A DNA stretch of 64,000 nucleotides from a bacterium (GCA_021780155.1 JAJXZH010000011.1:846-64845); one strand, 5' to 3'. Counted from the stretch's first letter, positions 38,411-47,472 are shown. The notes: generated by a model from the letters alone, not told the origin. A program made the numbers and translations.

Positions 38411-38782
38411 CTATTGTGTCGGCAAATTTAAAAACTTCAAAACGGTATTAACCAAAATCCAGGCGCCAAAAGTCAAAACTATGCCGATTGCCGCCGCAGT
38501 TATTTTTTGCCTTCCTTTTTTAAATTTTCCTTCATCACCCGCCGAAATCGCCATTTCAATTCCTCCCCAAACGATAACAATGATTGCCACCGGTGTAACG
38601 ATGTCGGTTAAAACGAAAGTAACTACACCCTGAACTGTTTTTACAAAATCGGAATAGGTGCATGGATTTTGGCCGTTCCCTCCACAATTAACCAAAGCGG
38701 CAAAAGATTGCATGGCATTCATAAAAAACACCAGAGAAAAAAATAAAATTCCGTAACCGTATTTTCCGAATTTTTTTATCAT
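38411..38782 (-). CDS. VirB2/TrbC-like T4SS pilin-family protein (paralog F, divergent, Cys-containing)
   Basis: Same architecture. The loop GGIEMAISAGDEGKFKKGRQK resembles the pilin domain of the M15 fusion protein at 10621-11622. Confidence 0.45.
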   Translation of the reverse strand: MIKKFGKYGYGILFFSLVFFMNAMQSFAALVNCGGNGQNPCTYSDFVKTVQGVVTFVLTDIVTPVAIIVIVWGGIEMAISAGDEGKFKKGRQKITAAAIGIVLTFGAWILVNTVLKFLNLPTQ

Positions 38783-38840
38783 TTAATTAATTATACAGAA
38801 AACCTAAATATTATTCCAGAATTATTCTAACCGCTGTCGT

Positions 38841-40166
38841 CTATTGTCCCAAATTTGACGATGGCTGATATAAATTATTCAATGCCGCCTGAGCCGCTTG
38901 AACCGATGCCTGAACATTCAATTTCCCGGATAAAATATCATTAACCATTCCCGTAAAAATGGAATCAATGGACTGAGGATCAATCTGGAACCAATCCTTG
39001 GTAGTTAAAAATTCTTTCAAAAATACACCGTTGTCTCCGCCAAGATTTTGTTGGATCAGCGAAAGTAGAACGGGAAGTTTTCCTGTCGCCGTAAGATAAG
39101 AAGAGCTTATCGATGGCGTCATTGTCAGATACCTTATAAAACTCCAAGCGACATACGGATTTTGGGTTTGTTTGGAAACTGCCAATCCCCAATAACTCGG
39201 CCAATTGGCTATTTGCGAAGCGTTGGCATTTGTAAGCTGAGGCAAAGGAGCAACACCAAGATTGATGTAGGCATTTCTGTTTTTTATATTTTTGATTGAT
39301 TGATAATAATCCAAAATCATTGCCGTTTGTCCGGCGGCAAAAGAAGAAACTGAGTTATCAAAACTTTCATTCCAAGTGTAATAAGGACTGATGGGATTTG
39401 AAAATTGAGTATAAAATTGAACCGCTTTGTTAAAAGGGTCGTCCAAAATAACTCCATCGCCGGAGGGATTATTTATAGGAGAACCGGACTGCATCGCCAA
39501 AACGCTCAAAATATCCGGAACATTGTTTATATTGTAAGCCGAACCCAATGCGGCGGCAGAAAGAGATATTTTTTTATTTTGATCCATCTCCGTTATCTTG
39601 GCGACATCGGCAATGAAGTCGTCCCAAGTTGCCGGCGGAAAAACAATTCCTTTGGAATTAAAAATATCTTTGTTGTAAATAAGAGCCAAGGCGTCCATAG
39701 ACAGAGGTGAGGCAAAAATATTTCCCGATAAAACAAAATCTTTTGAAACTACCGACGGGAAAGATTGACTAAAAACCTGAGGCGTGACCAACAAAGACGG
39801 AGCGGGATAAAGTTTGTTCCAATTGTTATAAACCCAAAGATTGTTGACCATAAATATATCCGGCCCCTGATTGGCAGCAAGAGCGTCAATCAGTTTTTGT
39901 TGGTAGGCAACAGGATCATCAAATTTGGTGTAATTTATTTTTACATTTTTATAAACGCCCTGATACAATTTGATAATATCGTTATAAACGGAATATTCGT
40001 CTCCCACTCCCCACATCTGCAAAGTAACACTCCCGGTTGGAAAGTTTGGATCCGAATTGGTGGTCTTTTTTATTCCGGGAATTATTCCCATAAGTCCCAA
40101 AATAAAAACAATGGCGACCAACGCTATAATACCGACAACAATTACCTGATTTTTGCTAAAATTCAT
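38841..40166 (-). CDS. ABC transporter extracellular solute-binding protein (family 1, sugar-type), putative
   Basis: N-terminal TM/lipoprotein-like anchor. 441 aa. Composition and length fit SBP_bac_1. No metal or ATP motifs. Confidence 0.5.
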   Translation of the reverse strand: MNFSKNQVIVVGIIALVAIVFILGLMGIIPGIKKTTNSDPNFPTGSVTLQMWGVGDEYSVYNDIIKLYQGVYKNVKINYTKFDDPVAYQQKLIDALAANQGPDIFMVNNLWVYNNWNKLYPAPSLLVTPQVFSQSFPSVVSKDFVLSGNIFASPLSMDALALIYNKDIFNSKGIVFPPATWDDFIADVAKITEMDQNKKISLSAAALGSAYNINNVPDILSVLAMQSGSPINNPSGDGVILDDPFNKAVQFYTQFSNPISPYYTWNESFDNSVSSFAAGQTAMILDYYQSIKNIKNRNAYINLGVAPLPQLTNANASQIANWPSYWGLAVSKQTQNPYVAWSFIRYLTMTPSISSSYLTATGKLPVLLSLIQQNLGGDNGVFLKEFLTTKDWFQIDPQSIDSIFTGMVNDILSGKLNVQASVQAAQAALNNLYQPSSNLGQ

Positions 40167-40235
40167 TTCTTTAATTATCCGACATTAAAAAAATAAAAGC
40201 AATGTCTTTAAAAATATACAAATCAACCCCCAACA

Positions 40236-40268
40236 AAAATCCGCCCGAAGGCGGAATTGAGTTTTTAT
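40236..40268 (-). terminator. rho-independent terminator downstream of murI
   Basis: The minus-strand hairpin TCCGCC-TTCG-GGCGGA is followed by TTTTT. Confidence 0.45.
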
Positions 40269-40444
40269 TTTTAATCAAATCAAATTAGAGCGTTAAAAAA
40301 CCATCTCGGAGTTTCCGAAGGGATGCGTAAAGCAAAGAACTTTAACACCCACACAGTGTCCTTATGATTATTTCAAAAAAAAATCAAAAATACCAGCCCT
40401 AAAAAATATAAAAACAGAATTATTTAAAATCGTCAAATAAAAAA

Positions 40445-41257
40445 TTATTTCAAAGAAACTTTTTTGACTTCCACCGGCTGTCCATAAAATTGATTAAACA
40501 GATTTTTAACTCTCCAGGAATCTTCGGAGGAATAAAAAAATCTTTCTCCTTTTTTATCCAAAGACATTTCTATCTCCGGATGATGCTCTAAATATTTTTT
40601 TAATTTTTTAGCGACAATTTCTCCTTGTGAAATAATTTTTATTTTTGAAGGAGTGTATTTTTTTATTTTATTTTCGATTAAAGCGTAGTGAGTGCAAGCT
40701 AAAACCAGAGTATCTATTTTTTTGCTTCGCTCAAAAAGTTCTTTTAAATATTTTTTTAATATTGAGTCGAGCCCATCCCATTCCAATTCTCCGGCCTCCA
40801 CAATCGGTACCAGCAATGTTCCTGCCTGCTGATGGACTTTGATTGAGCTATCCATCTTGGTTATCTCTTTCGGATAAGCAAAAGATTGGACAGTGGCTTC
40901 GGTCGCTAAAATGCCAACTTCTTTTGTTTTTGTCTGTTCAACTATTTCCTCAGCGGTAGGAATAATTATCCCCAAAACTTTTTTTTGAGGATAATGTTTG
41001 GGAAGAAATTCCATTTGAATTCTTCGCAGAGCGGATGAGGAAGCCGTATTGCACGCCAAGATTACCATCTCGGCTCCTTTTTCAAACAAATAAGAGACGC
41101 CTTGTTTTGTAAAGCGATAAATTGTTTCATGACTATGAGAACCGTAAGGTGTTCGCGCGTTATCTCCAAGATAAATATAGGAATATTGGGGCATCTGTTT
41201 TTGGACTTCGCGCAAAACCGAAAGCCCTCCCAGTCCCGAATCAAAAAAACCCAACAT
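40445..41257 (-). CDS. murI: glutamate racemase
   Basis: MLGFFDSGLGGLSVL start. Catalytic ILACNTASS and a second Cys region (LACTHYAL). Confidence 0.85.
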   Translation of the reverse strand: MLGFFDSGLGGLSVLREVQKQMPQYSYIYLGDNARTPYGSHSHETIYRFTKQGVSYLFEKGAEMVILACNTASSSALRRIQMEFLPKHYPQKKVLGIIIPTAEEIVEQTKTKEVGILATEATVQSFAYPKEITKMDSSIKVHQQAGTLLVPIVEAGELEWDGLDSILKKYLKELFERSKKIDTLVLACTHYALIENKIKKYTPSKIKIISQGEIVAKKLKKYLEHHPEIEMSLDKKGERFFYSSEDSWRVKNLFNQFYGQPVEVKKVSLK

Positions 41258-41273
41258 ATAAAATTAAAAAAAC

Positions 41274-41561
41274 TTACTTAAAATAAGGAACATATTGACC
41301 GGTGCCGCTATTGACCGTTCCATAGTAATAGTAATTGGCATCGTGATTGACTACTTGATTGCATCCTTGAGAAGAATATCCTCCACTCCAACTTCCGACA
41401 ACCATTTGATTGCAAACATCAACCGTTACCGGCTTAAAATACGGGACATAACCATACCCATAAGAAGTCCCGGGAAAAGGCTGATTGCTAACAAAAAAAC
41501 TCACGGCTAAAATTGCCAAAAAAATTAAAAATATCGCTAAAAAATGTCTTTTATATTTCAT
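41274..41561 (-). CDS. small secreted Tyr/Gly-rich hypothetical protein
   Basis: Signal peptide. 95 aa with YGYGYVPYFK repeats at both ends and two Cys. Confidence 0.3.
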   Translation of the reverse strand: MKYKRHFLAIFLIFLAILAVSFFVSNQPFPGTSYGYGYVPYFKPVTVDVCNQMVVGSWSGGYSSQGCNQVVNHDANYYYYGTVNSGTGQYVPYFK

Positions 41562-43120
41562 ACTTTATGTTTTTTCTTAATTTCCTTTTCGGCACTCACT
41601 TCAAATTCTTCTTTGGCATTCTCCGCCTTTTTTCTTAAATTTTCAAGTTCTTTTATGGAAAGCTTGTTTAGCGCCTTTGATTCTTTTTCCAAAATTTCTT
41701 TTTTATTTTTTAACGGATCTTCTATAACAATCTCCAAAAGGGCATTCAAAATATGCCCTACCTTGGGACCGGGCTCGAGCGAAAGATTTTTTATCAAATC
41801 ATTGCCGTTTATTTTCAGCATTTTTGGAGAAATGGGATCTCTTTTGACCTTATCTATCATAAAAAGCAGGTGACGCAATTTATATGGGAAGGCCTTGGGG
41901 ACACCCGAACCAATTCTGTCCGCTTCTCTGACTTTAAGCAAATCGTCAACATTTTCCGGACCGACGCGCGCCAAAAATCTTCTCACTCCGGCTTCGGTAA
42001 CTTCGCCCACGTTATAATAAAAAAGATGATATCTGACCAAATGGACAACCTTTTCAACGACTTCTTTGGAAAACTTAAGATCTTCCAAAATTTTTTTAGT
42101 CATTTTCGCGCCGACATATTCGTGTTGATAAAAAGTGGAGTTGGCGCCTTCTCCGTTTTTGGTTCTCGGTTTTCCAACGTCGTGAAGTAGCGACGCCAAT
42201 CTGATTTCAAAAGAATATTTTTTGGAAACGGCATAACCCAACGCCAAAACATTATGTTCCCAGACGGTATAAATATGATGTTTGTTTTGAGCCACGCCAA
42301 TACCTTCAATTAATTCGGGGATGATGTATTTCATAAGCCCCAAATTTTGCAAAGCCCTAACGCCTTGCTCGGCGCCATCAGACATAATAGTTTTGGAAAA
42401 TTCATCTCTGATTCTTTCTTTGGATATTTTGCCAAGCAAATAAGCATTATCCCTAATGGCTTTTTGGGTGGTTTCTTCTATTGTCCAACTCGAAGAACGC
42501 GCTCCGCCAGAATAATCATTCAATTGCGATAAAAATCTTACCGCCCTCATCATTCTCAAGGCGTCTTCGCCGAATCTGTCTTGAGAATTGCCGACGGTCT
42601 TTATTATTTTATTTTTCAAATCATCAAGTCCGCCAAAAATATCAATAATTTTTATTTCTTCATTTTCTTTTTTGTTTTTGTCTTTTTCATTTTTAATTTC
42701 CAACGCCATGGCATTTATCGTAAAATCTCTGCGCGCCAAATCTTCCTCCAATGTTTTGGCAAATTTTATTTTTTCCGGATGACGGCTATCGGAATAATCA
42801 CTTTCAATCCGAAAAGTTGTTATTTCTATTAATTTTAGAGAATCTTTCAAAGAGTCGGTTTTTAGTCCTACGGTGCCAAAATTGTTTTCATAAATTGTCG
42901 ACTGTTTTTGTGGTTCCGATTTTCGATAATCAAAAAATATTTTTTGGATTTCTTCCGGCAAAGCGTCGGTAGCAATATCCCAATCTTTCGGTTCTTGATT
43001 TAAAATCAAATCCCTCACGCAACCACCAACCGGATGCGCTTTAAATCCCGCTTGATTTAGCGTTTTTACAACTTCAAGAATTTCTTTGGGTATTTTTTTT
43101 AACAAAATTTCTTTTGACAT
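41558..43120 (-). CDS. cca: tRNA nucleotidyltransferase (CCA-adding enzyme) with HD domain
   Basis: Pol-beta-type head GFKAHPVGGCVRDLIL...DWDIAT. HD motif LLHDVGK. C-terminal coiled-coil extension. Confidence 0.85.
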   Translation of the reverse strand: MSKEILLKKIPKEILEVVKTLNQAGFKAHPVGGCVRDLILNQEPKDWDIATDALPEEIQKIFFDYRKSEPQKQSTIYENNFGTVGLKTDSLKDSLKLIEITTFRIESDYSDSRHPEKIKFAKTLEEDLARRDFTINAMALEIKNEKDKNKKENEEIKIIDIFGGLDDLKNKIIKTVGNSQDRFGEDALRMMRAVRFLSQLNDYSGGARSSSWTIEETTQKAIRDNAYLLGKISKERIRDEFSKTIMSDGAEQGVRALQNLGLMKYIIPELIEGIGVAQNKHHIYTVWEHNVLALGYAVSKKYSFEIRLASLLHDVGKPRTKNGEGANSTFYQHEYVGAKMTKKILEDLKFSKEVVEKVVHLVRYHLFYYNVGEVTEAGVRRFLARVGPENVDDLLKVREADRIGSGVPKAFPYKLRHLLFMIDKVKRDPISPKMLKINGNDLIKNLSLEPGPKVGHILNALLEIVIEDPLKNKKEILEKESKALNKLSIKELENLRKKAENAKEEFEVSAEKEIKKKHKV

Positions 43121-43265
43121 TTTTTATATTTATAATAGAGTAATAACAGCAATAAAAATCGGTTTCGTCAATAATTGTTTATTATACACTCAAACAAAAG
43201 ATGACAAAAATCCTTTGACCAAAAAACGGGATGCGCAATCGATCTATTTTTTGTTTACACAACTT

Positions 43266-43337
43266 GCCCTCGTAGTGAAACGGATATCACGTTAGGCTTC
43301 GAACCTAAAATTCCGGGTTCAAATCCTGGCGAGGGCA
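43266..43337 (+). tRNA. tRNA-Arg (anticodon UCG), no encoded CCA
   Basis: Hand-folded. Acceptor GCCCTCG/CGAGGGC. Anticodon stem TTAGG/CCTAA with loop CTTCGAA. T-arm CCGGG-TTCAAAT-CCTGG. Confidence 0.75.
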
Positions 43338-43515
43338 CAAAAGAAAAGATTTGTTAAAGAATAAGTCACCGAGCCGATTTTGGAAGATAAAACAAAAAAG
43401 AACGGGAAAATTCTAATTTTATCAAACACCACTTCCGATCAATAAGCGGGTCAAATTAATTTTTTATCAATAATCTTGAAAAATAACATTGCTGGTGGCA
43501 CAATAAACCCATTCC

Positions 43516-43532
43516 GCCCGTAGCTCAGCTGG
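43516..43532 (+). other. truncated tRNA 5' fragment (degenerate copy of the tRNA-Lys 5' end)
   Basis: GCCCGTAGCTCAGCTGG matches the acceptor 5' strand and D-arm of the adjacent tRNA-Lys (CCCCCCATAGCTCAACTGG). It breaks off after the D-loop. Confidence 0.4.
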
Positions 43533-43544
43533 CCCCGTATAAAT

Positions 43545-43617
43545 CCCCCCATAGCTCAACTGGTAGAGCAGTTCCCTCTTAAGGAAAAGGTTCTAGGTTC
43601 GACCCCTAGTGGGGGGA
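43545..43617 (+). tRNA. tRNA-Lys (anticodon CUU), no encoded CCA
   Basis: Acceptor CCCCCCA/TGGGGGG. D-arm GCTC-AACTGGTA-GAGC. Anticodon loop CTCTTAA. T-arm CTAGG-TTCGACC-CCTAG. Confidence 0.8.
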
Positions 43618-43638
43618 CTATTAATGGATTTAACGGAA

Positions 43639-43663
43639 TTTTTGTTTTGAGCGGGTGAGCGGA
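43639..43663. repeat. 25-bp direct repeat copy duplicating the 3' end of tRNA-Gly plus flanking sequence
   Basis: TTTTTGTTTTGAGCGGGTGAGCGGA is identical to 43807-43831. The second copy overlaps the 3' end of tRNA-Gly. Confidence 0.6.
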
Positions 43664-43784
43664 CGCGTTGCTATCGTCCCGCTCGTCCCCGACCCCCAAA
43701 TAAGAAACCTTCTGGTTTCTTACGTCGCTTCGCTCCTATTTTCCAACACGGGGGCTCGCAGTCAGATTCCTGCATCACCCAAAA

Positions 43785-43812
43785 TAAAAAATATCCCTAC
43801 GGATATTTTTTG
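43785..43812. terminator. bidirectional rho-independent terminator
   Basis: AAAAAATATCCCTACGGATATTTTTT has a stem ATATCC/GGATAT with an A-run and a T-run on either side. Confidence 0.5.
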
Positions 43813-43817
43813 TTTTG

Positions 43818-43889
43818 AGCGGGTGAGCGGAATCGGACCGCCGTCTCAGCCTTGGCAAGGCCGTGTAATAGCCACTATACGACACCCGC
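43818..43889 (-). tRNA. tRNA-Gly (anticodon GCC)
   Basis: Minus-strand fold. Acceptor GCGGGTG/CACCCGC. Anticodon stem CGGCC/GGCTG (one G-U) with loop TTGCCAA. T-arm GGCGG-TCCGATT-CCGCT. Discriminator U, as is usual for tRNA-Gly. C at position 55 is atypical. Confidence 0.7.
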
Positions 43890-43961
43890 AAAATTGTGAA
43901 TTTATGTTATCGTGATTTTTAAAAAAAGTCCATATAAAAACTCCGCTCATTAAAGCGGAGT

Positions 43962-44198
43962 TTATGTTTTCTTTCTCCAAATCCATATCTTCATCTTAAC
44001 TTTGTCTTCGTTAATCATTTCGGAAAATTTAATATCCGGAATAAACATATTTTTTTCAAGCATTCCAATAGTTTTTTGAGTGTCGGAGTCGAAAATATTT
44101 CCATCAAAAGATTCAAAAATGGGGATATAAACAACCATTTCTTTGTTTGACATTATATATTCCTCCGCAAAGTTCTGAGAAAAATAATACAGCAACAA
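43962..44198 (-). CDS. small hypothetical protein
   Basis: 78-aa ORF immediately followed by a terminator hairpin (CTCCGC-N8-GCGGAG). Confidence 0.25.
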   Translation of the reverse strand: MLLYYFSQNFAEEYIMSNKEMVVYIPIFESFDGNIFDSDTQKTIGMLEKNMFIPDIKFSEMINEDKVKMKIWIWRKKT

Positions 44199-44208
44199 TT
44201 AAATTTGG

Positions 44209-45234
44209 TCAAAATTGACCACTTGAGGAAGAATTTGAAGTTGTTCCGGTAGAATTATTGTTAATTAAATTCAAAGAAGAATTTGATAAAGTAGAAGTGG
44301 CATTTTTTCTCGAATATAAAACATTTCCGTCTATGACTATTTGCTTAAAAATTTTATAAGCACTTTGCACCGATTGAATGGCGCTACTGAGAAGATCTTG
44401 AATTTGAGACAAAGTTTCAACATCTATATTTTGGCTTCCGACAAGTCCATTTGCCAAATCGGTGCTTGAAGCTGCCAAATTAACAAAATTGTCCGCTTGG
44501 TTTAGCATATTTTCAAGAGATAAAACATCTTTTCCTCTTTTTTTGACCCTGTCTATTTCTCGTTTGATAATTTCTTCCCTTCTTTGAGCGGTCTTTATGA
44601 CAACTTCCTGATAATGACCAAGATGAGCGGATAAAATAAGTTTTTTCAAATAGGATTGCTGATTAAAACGAATATTTTTTATATCGTTTGCCACCGTTCC
44701 CAAAGATTTGGCATCTGAAACGAAGTTTGTTTTCAAAAAAAGTTCGTTTAACGTTTTATTATCTTTACCAATCATATCAGAAATGTTTTTGCCGGCATTT
44801 CCGTAATAATCCGAATTTTCTTTTATCTCTGCGTCTAAATCCTGATTTCTTAAAATTAAAACATTGATGATGTCGCTTAAAATTTTCTGACTTTCGCGCA
44901 AATAATCGTTTTGAGCAGATTTATCGGCGGGTCCATTTTTTCCATAAATATTTTTTGCCGATTGAAAATCAGCAACGTCATTTTCAAATTTTTTATAAAC
45001 TACCGATAGATTTTGAGAATCGGAGGTGGTTTCCGGTTGAAAAATAGACGACGATTCAGTCAATTGGACTTTCGGCGGATATTTTATATTATTTGAGTCG
45101 TTTAGCCGATTATCCGTCTTAACTAAATTTACCGGAACAAAAAATGGACTTTGATTTTTGGCTTGAACTATGTCAAACAAAAAACCAAATCCCATAAAAT
45201 ATAAAATTGTCAAAAAAATAAAAATTTTTTTCAT
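44209..45234 (-). CDS. secreted coiled-coil-rich hypothetical protein (third gene of sigma module 1)
   Basis: Signal peptide. C-terminal ...SAIQSVQSAYKIFKQ is shared with the paralog at 52898-53878 (...NAYTGIKSAYDVFVKM). Confidence 0.4.
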   Translation of the reverse strand: MKKIFIFLTILYFMGFGFLFDIVQAKNQSPFFVPVNLVKTDNRLNDSNNIKYPPKVQLTESSSIFQPETTSDSQNLSVVYKKFENDVADFQSAKNIYGKNGPADKSAQNDYLRESQKILSDIINVLILRNQDLDAEIKENSDYYGNAGKNISDMIGKDNKTLNELFLKTNFVSDAKSLGTVANDIKNIRFNQQSYLKKLILSAHLGHYQEVVIKTAQRREEIIKREIDRVKKRGKDVLSLENMLNQADNFVNLAASSTDLANGLVGSQNIDVETLSQIQDLLSSAIQSVQSAYKIFKQIVIDGNVLYSRKNATSTLSNSSLNLINNNSTGTTSNSSSSGQF

Positions 45235-45240
45235 ATCTTG

Positions 45241-45885
45241 TTAAAACGACGCCAAAGTTGCATCAATGGCACTCATTGAATTTTCTTGACTGACAAATTT
45301 TGCCAAATTAGGGTCAAAACTCAAAGAATTTGCCTCCAAAGCTACCGACGAACTATCAAAGGGAAGAATATCGGAAGAACTCGATGTCGCAACCGATGAG
45401 TTAATCGCCTTTAAAAAAGAAGATTGGGCAACTTGAGTCGATTGCTTTTCTCCGGCAATGTAATTTTGAATAAAATTATCGGCTTTGTCGGCTGTTTTTT
45501 CTTCTTTGGAAATTTTGTTGATATCGGTTATTTGCGACTGTTCTTTCAAAAAAGGATTGCCCAAAAATACAACAACGGCAAGAATCGCCACAAATACCGG
45601 AATAGTGAATTTTATCCATTTATTAAAACCTATTTGGAATTTAATCTTGCTCGAAGTCAAAACCGGTTGGAACTTGCTACCGCCATTATTGTCTTGAGGA
45701 AGATTATTTAAAATATTTAAAAGCGCCGATTTTTCCGGTTCAATTTTATTTTCGATTTCATCGGCAAATTTCAAAAAGTCGGACAATTCTCTTTCTCCTT
45801 CCGAAATAAAAATCTCGGACATTTTAAGCCGGTTGTTTTCCTCCCCTATTTCATTTACTATTTTTTTTAAATTTTCCCTTTTCAT
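45241..45885 (-). CDS. single-pass membrane protein, putative anti-sigma factor
   Basis: Its start overlaps the stop of the upstream ECF sigma gene. Cytoplasmic N-terminus, one TM (IPVFVAILAVVVFLG), and a Ser-rich extracytoplasmic domain. Confidence 0.4.
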   Translation of the reverse strand: MKRENLKKIVNEIGEENNRLKMSEIFISEGERELSDFLKFADEIENKIEPEKSALLNILNNLPQDNNGGSKFQPVLTSSKIKFQIGFNKWIKFTIPVFVAILAVVVFLGNPFLKEQSQITDINKISKEEKTADKADNFIQNYIAGEKQSTQVAQSSFLKAINSSVATSSSSDILPFDSSSVALEANSLSFDPNLAKFVSQENSMSAIDATLASF

Positions 45886-46457
45886 TTTTTATTTTTCAAT
45901 AAAATTTCTTTTAACGCTTTAATGGCTCTAAACTGAAGCGCCCTTACCGCAGAGGATGATTTCCCCAAAATCTGGCAGATTTCGTCATTGGCTAATCCAT
46001 CAAAAAATTTCAAAGTTATCATCTCTCTTTGTTCTTCACTTAATTTAATAAGCGCGCTTCTTACATCTTTCAGTCTTTGAGAATAGTCATAATCTTCTTC
46101 AATATATTTTTTATCACCGGACGCCTCCAAAACTTCCAGATCATCAACAAAAATTTCTTTTTTCTTGCGCCAATAATCTATCAATGTGTTTTTGGCAATG
46201 GTGAAAAGCCAAGGCAGAATTTTTTGGCGGTCAATATCATTTCTGTCGTCGTTTTTGTCAACGATATTTTCCCAAGCCTTCATAAAAACCAATTGAGACA
46301 AATCTCGGGAAAGATTTTCATCGGCGGTTCTGACGATAAAATATCGATAGACCGGAGAAAGGTATTTTGAATAAATAATTTCAAAAGATTCTCCGTCAAA
46401 ATTTCTGGCTTGGTTTAAATAATCCTTGAAATTTTTTTTATTTTTTATCTCTTCCAT
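45882..46457 (-). CDS. ECF-type RNA polymerase sigma factor
   Basis: Region 2 (LPWLFTIAKNTLIDYWRKK) and a region 4 helix-turn-helix (ICQILGKSSSAVRALQFRAIKALK). 191 aa. Confidence 0.8.
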   Translation of the reverse strand: MEEIKNKKNFKDYLNQARNFDGESFEIIYSKYLSPVYRYFIVRTADENLSRDLSQLVFMKAWENIVDKNDDRNDIDRQKILPWLFTIAKNTLIDYWRKKKEIFVDDLEVLEASGDKKYIEEDYDYSQRLKDVRSALIKLSEEQREMITLKFFDGLANDEICQILGKSSSAVRALQFRAIKALKEILLKNKK

Positions 46458-46496
46458 AATAACGAGTTGGAATCAAAAATGTTATTTTTAAAAAAC

Positions 46497-47453
46497 TTAC
46501 AAAGACCTCATCAAATCGGAGATAACGCCTCTTATATAATCCATATAATCCGAGGAGTCAATTCCCCATGGATCTATATTTACCACCTTAAAAGAAGAAT
46601 TTTCAAGTAAAGTGGAAGCGCTTTGCGGATCGGAATTGGTATCGGTAATAATCGTTTTGGCTCCAATTTTTTTTAAATCAGTTCGCAAAACGGTTCCTAA
46701 TTTATCCAAATTATATTGAGTTGAAGATAAATCAAAAGCTCCAACGGTATGGATCTGAAGATTATCAACCAGTGGCGACCAAATTGTTCCATCCAAGGCC
46801 ACGCTTTCAGAATGAAAATTTTTTAAAATATCCAGAGTTGATCTTAGTAGTGTATCCAGTTTAATGGAATAATCATAGGCATTGTTTATATAATATTCTT
46901 TATTTCCAACATCGAATTTTCCCAGCTGTCTTCCTATACCTTGAATTATCTGCCTTACATCCTGCAAAGAAAGCCAATAATAAATCTGTCCGGAAGAAAT
47001 CGTTTTTTTGGAATTAAAAACATCAGGATAAGCAATGGAACTGGATGACGAAATAAATTGGTCCAAAGGAATAACTACTAATTTACCCCCTGATGAAGAT
47101 GATAGATTTTTTGTCCAGTCATCAAAACCATCGCCCATAGCAAAAAATAATCCTTGAGAAAATCCTCTTCTGTTTTTACCAATTTTATTTGTCCAATCCA
47201 CCAAAGAATTATCCGAAGGTGAAGCAAAAATTTTAACTTCAACTTTATCTTTCCCAACGGCATTTATCCAATCGGCAATCATTGGAAATGAGGTTCCTAT
47301 TTGAACCTTGGGTAAAGAGGAGTCGTTTACAACCGTATAATTTTTGTTTTCTATATTAGGCGCTTCTTTAACGACAAACAAAATTCCAACCAACAAAAAA
47401 ACCGCCAAAAAAATTATCACATCAGATTTTCTAATCCTCAAAAACATAAGCAA
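46497..47453 (-). CDS. membrane-anchored TroA/ZnuA-like (cluster A-I) solute-binding-fold protein, possibly degenerate
   Basis: Positions equivalent to the ZnuA DPHxW and HDAxxY motifs read QIYYW and NNAYDY. The metal-ligand His residues appear absent. Confidence 0.35.
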   Translation of the reverse strand: MLMFLRIRKSDVIIFLAVFLLVGILFVVKEAPNIENKNYTVVNDSSLPKVQIGTSFPMIADWINAVGKDKVEVKIFASPSDNSLVDWTNKIGKNRRGFSQGLFFAMGDGFDDWTKNLSSSSGGKLVVIPLDQFISSSSSIAYPDVFNSKKTISSGQIYYWLSLQDVRQIIQGIGRQLGKFDVGNKEYYINNAYDYSIKLDTLLRSTLDILKNFHSESVALDGTIWSPLVDNLQIHTVGAFDLSSTQYNLDKLGTVLRTDLKKIGAKTIITDTNSDPQSASTLLENSSFKVVNIDPWGIDSSDYMDYIRGVISDLMRSL

Positions 47454-47472
47454 AAAATATTTTTTAATATCA

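Noticed and set aside
40269-40444. Possible sRNA in the 180-nt murI 3' region, with hairpins at 40241 and 40303
   Set aside because: Two hairpins are visible but there is no promoter-like element or conserved motif. It is more simply a long 3' UTR with a terminator.
43639-43831. Possible CRISPR-like repeat (GAGCGGGTGAGCGGA twice with a ~140-bp spacer)
   Set aside because: There are only two copies, and one is the 3' end of tRNA-Gly. The spacing and context fit a tRNA-derived att duplication, not a CRISPR array. No cas genes are present in the window.
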